Source: an uncultured delta proteobacterium (GTDB taxonomy: Bacteria; Desulfobacterota; Binatia; UBA9968). From it: a DNA stretch of 64,000 nt. The stretch lies in contig CAVXEP010000002.1 in the NCBI GenBank assembly GCA_963760795.1, positions 128,001 to 192,000 of the forward strand, read 5' to 3'. The notes under the pieces were generated by a model. The model did not search any database and had not been told where the DNA came from. It saw only the letters and a list, made by a program, of their open reading frames with translations. Numbering within the stretch: the first letter of the stretch is position 1; every line of letters begins with the position of its first letter. This document shows, piece by piece, positions 62,469-64,000 of the stretch. Made by a program: the position numbers and the translations under genes.

Positions 62469-63902
62469 ATGGCACTCACACGGAGAGAATTTTTATTGCG
62501 CAGCTTCGGCGCCCTCGGCGCGGCGACCCTGGCGATGGAACGGTTCGGTATGGCCGACGCCTTTGCCCAGGCCGCCGACTACAAAGCGTTGGTATGCGTA
62601 TTTCTCTTTGGCGGCAATGACAGCGATAATATTCTGATTCCCTATGACAATTATTCCCAGTACGCGGTCAAACGAAACAACTCGGCGAATGTCGGCATCC
62701 CGCAAGCCAGTTTACTGCAAATTACTCCAAGCAGTGGGTTAGGGGGAGCGAAGTTCGGCCTGCACCCGTCGCTCGACGGCATCAAGTCGCTCTGGGACCT
62801 CGGCAAGGTAGCGATCATGCCCAACACGGGTCCGTTGGTGGAACCACTGACGCGAAACGAATACCGTAATCGCCTCAAACGAATTCCATTGAATCTGTTT
62901 TCCCATTCCGACCAGGAGAACCAATGGCAGACCGCGGTGGCCAACGGCTTCATATCGACCGGTTGGGGCGGCCGCACCGCGGATGCCATCGCGAGTTTGA
63001 ATGGCAGCGCCACGTTTCCGATGATCGCGACGATGGCCGGTAATAATATTTTCAGCACCGGCGCCTTCCGCCGGCCCCTCGCGCTCTCCCCCGCGCCCGC
63101 ATCTCTGAGCCGAGTCATCAGACTGGACGGTTTCCCCAACCCCCCAGCGTCATTGCAAGGCATTCCTCGCTACGATGCCATGGAAGCGATTCAAGCGCTC
63201 GACGGCGGCTTTACCGTGGTCAAGGCAGCCAACGAAATCAACTTGAGTACCTTTGCGACGATGGAGGCCTTGCGCTCGGCTACCGATCCGGTCGTTTCAC
63301 CCTTTCCACTCAATCCGAGAACCGGACTCGGCAATCAACTCGAACAGGTGGCCAAGGTCATTAGCCTGCGCGACACGCTCGCTCTCAAACGCCAGATATT
63401 TTTCTGTTCCATCGGCGGTTTCGATACCCATGGCGACCAAGTGAACGGCAACGATCCCACCACCGGCCAACATGCCGACCTGTGGGCGACCATCGACAAC
63501 GCTGTCAAAGCATTTTACGACGCCACAGTGGGATTGGGCGTCCAGAATAACGTCACCCTGTGCACCATGAGCGAATTCGGCCGCACCTATGTGCCCAACG
63601 GTGGCTTGGGTACCGATCACGCTTGGGGCAATCATGTTTTCGTTGTCGGCGGCGCGGTCAACGGCGGCAACTTCTACGGCGTTCCGGGTCCAAACGGCAC
63701 CGTCTTTCCGACCCTGGCTGCCGCAGGGCCAAATGACACCGACAATGGCAGCGGCGCCCGTGGCCGCTGGATCCCAACGACAGCCATCGACCAAGTTGCG
63801 ACAACCTTGGCGAGTTGGATGGGGGTTGCCAACGCCGATCTAGCTGGGATCAGCCCCAACATCGCCAACTTTAGCACGGCAAATCTAGGGTTCATGAGCT
63901 AG
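62469..63902 (+). CDS. DUF1501-family Tat-exported protein, paralog 2
   Basis: TRREFL; FLFGGND, SHSDQ, GGFDTH, SEFGRT, GTDHAWG. Confidence 0.9.
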   Translation: MALTRREFLLRSFGALGAATLAMERFGMADAFAQAADYKALVCVFLFGGNDSDNILIPYDNYSQYAVKRNNSANVGIPQASLLQITPSSGLGGAKFGLHPSLDGIKSLWDLGKVAIMPNTGPLVEPLTRNEYRNRLKRIPLNLFSHSDQENQWQTAVANGFISTGWGGRTADAIASLNGSATFPMIATMAGNNIFSTGAFRRPLALSPAPASLSRVIRLDGFPNPPASLQGIPRYDAMEAIQALDGGFTVVKAANEINLSTFATMEALRSATDPVVSPFPLNPRTGLGNQLEQVAKVISLRDTLALKRQIFFCSIGGFDTHGDQVNGNDPTTGQHADLWATIDNAVKAFYDATVGLGVQNNVTLCTMSEFGRTYVPNGGLGTDHAWGNHVFVVGGAVNGGNFYGVPGPNGTVFPTLAAAGPNDTDNGSGARGRWIPTTAIDQVATTLASWMGVANADLAGISPNIANFSTANLGFMS

Positions 63903-63924
63903 CCGCTTGAAACGAATCCGCATC

Positions 63925-63971
63925 ACGCCCGGTAGCGCGAAATTGATACTGAGTTTCGCGCTACCGGGCGT
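63925..63971 (+). terminator. Strong hairpin after DUF1501
   Basis: Perfect 18-bp inverted repeat ACGCCCGGTAGCGCGAAA / TTTCGCGCTACCGGGCGT; no U-tract. Confidence 0.65.
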
Positions 63972-64000
63972 ATCGCCTCTCATAGTAACTTCAAGAACCA

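Overview
GC-rich bacterial window. The gene content (many orphan NitT/TauT- and TctC-type binding proteins, LLM and Mo-hydroxylase enzymes, dense intergenic REP-like repeats) resembles Candidatus Binatota/Deltaproteobacteria; this taxonomy is inference only. From 1 to 44.7 kb the genes are mostly on the minus strand: an ABC exporter with a GH-A/GT2 fusion under a sigma54 promoter; a TPP enzyme, thioesterase and TctC group; and an array of four paralogous secreted ~700-aa proteins (carboxypeptidase-regulatory-like domain, one CxxCH heme c, His-rich beta-propeller-like region). These are followed by heme-oxygenase-like diiron (HDO) enzymes, a stand-alone carboxyltransferase, and a catabolic cluster: a Mo hydroxylase with two different large subunits (one lacking the catalytic Glu), UbiD, a dihydroxyphthalate-decarboxylase-like protein and a reductive-dehalogenase-like protein. 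From 44.8 to 64 kb the genes are on the plus strand: HDO, LLM, asparaginase, and a 4.5-kb island bounded by a 273-bp duplication of the asparaginase 3' end (IS1202-like remnant plus DUF1800/DUF1501). Next come a minimal A-PCP plus KS-AT-KR-ACP hybrid with no thioesterase and a second DUF1800/DUF1501 pair. Many genes carry single-base frameshifts that look like sequencing or assembly errors. No rRNA, tRNA or CRISPR array was recognised. All family assignments are from motif recognition; no database search was run.
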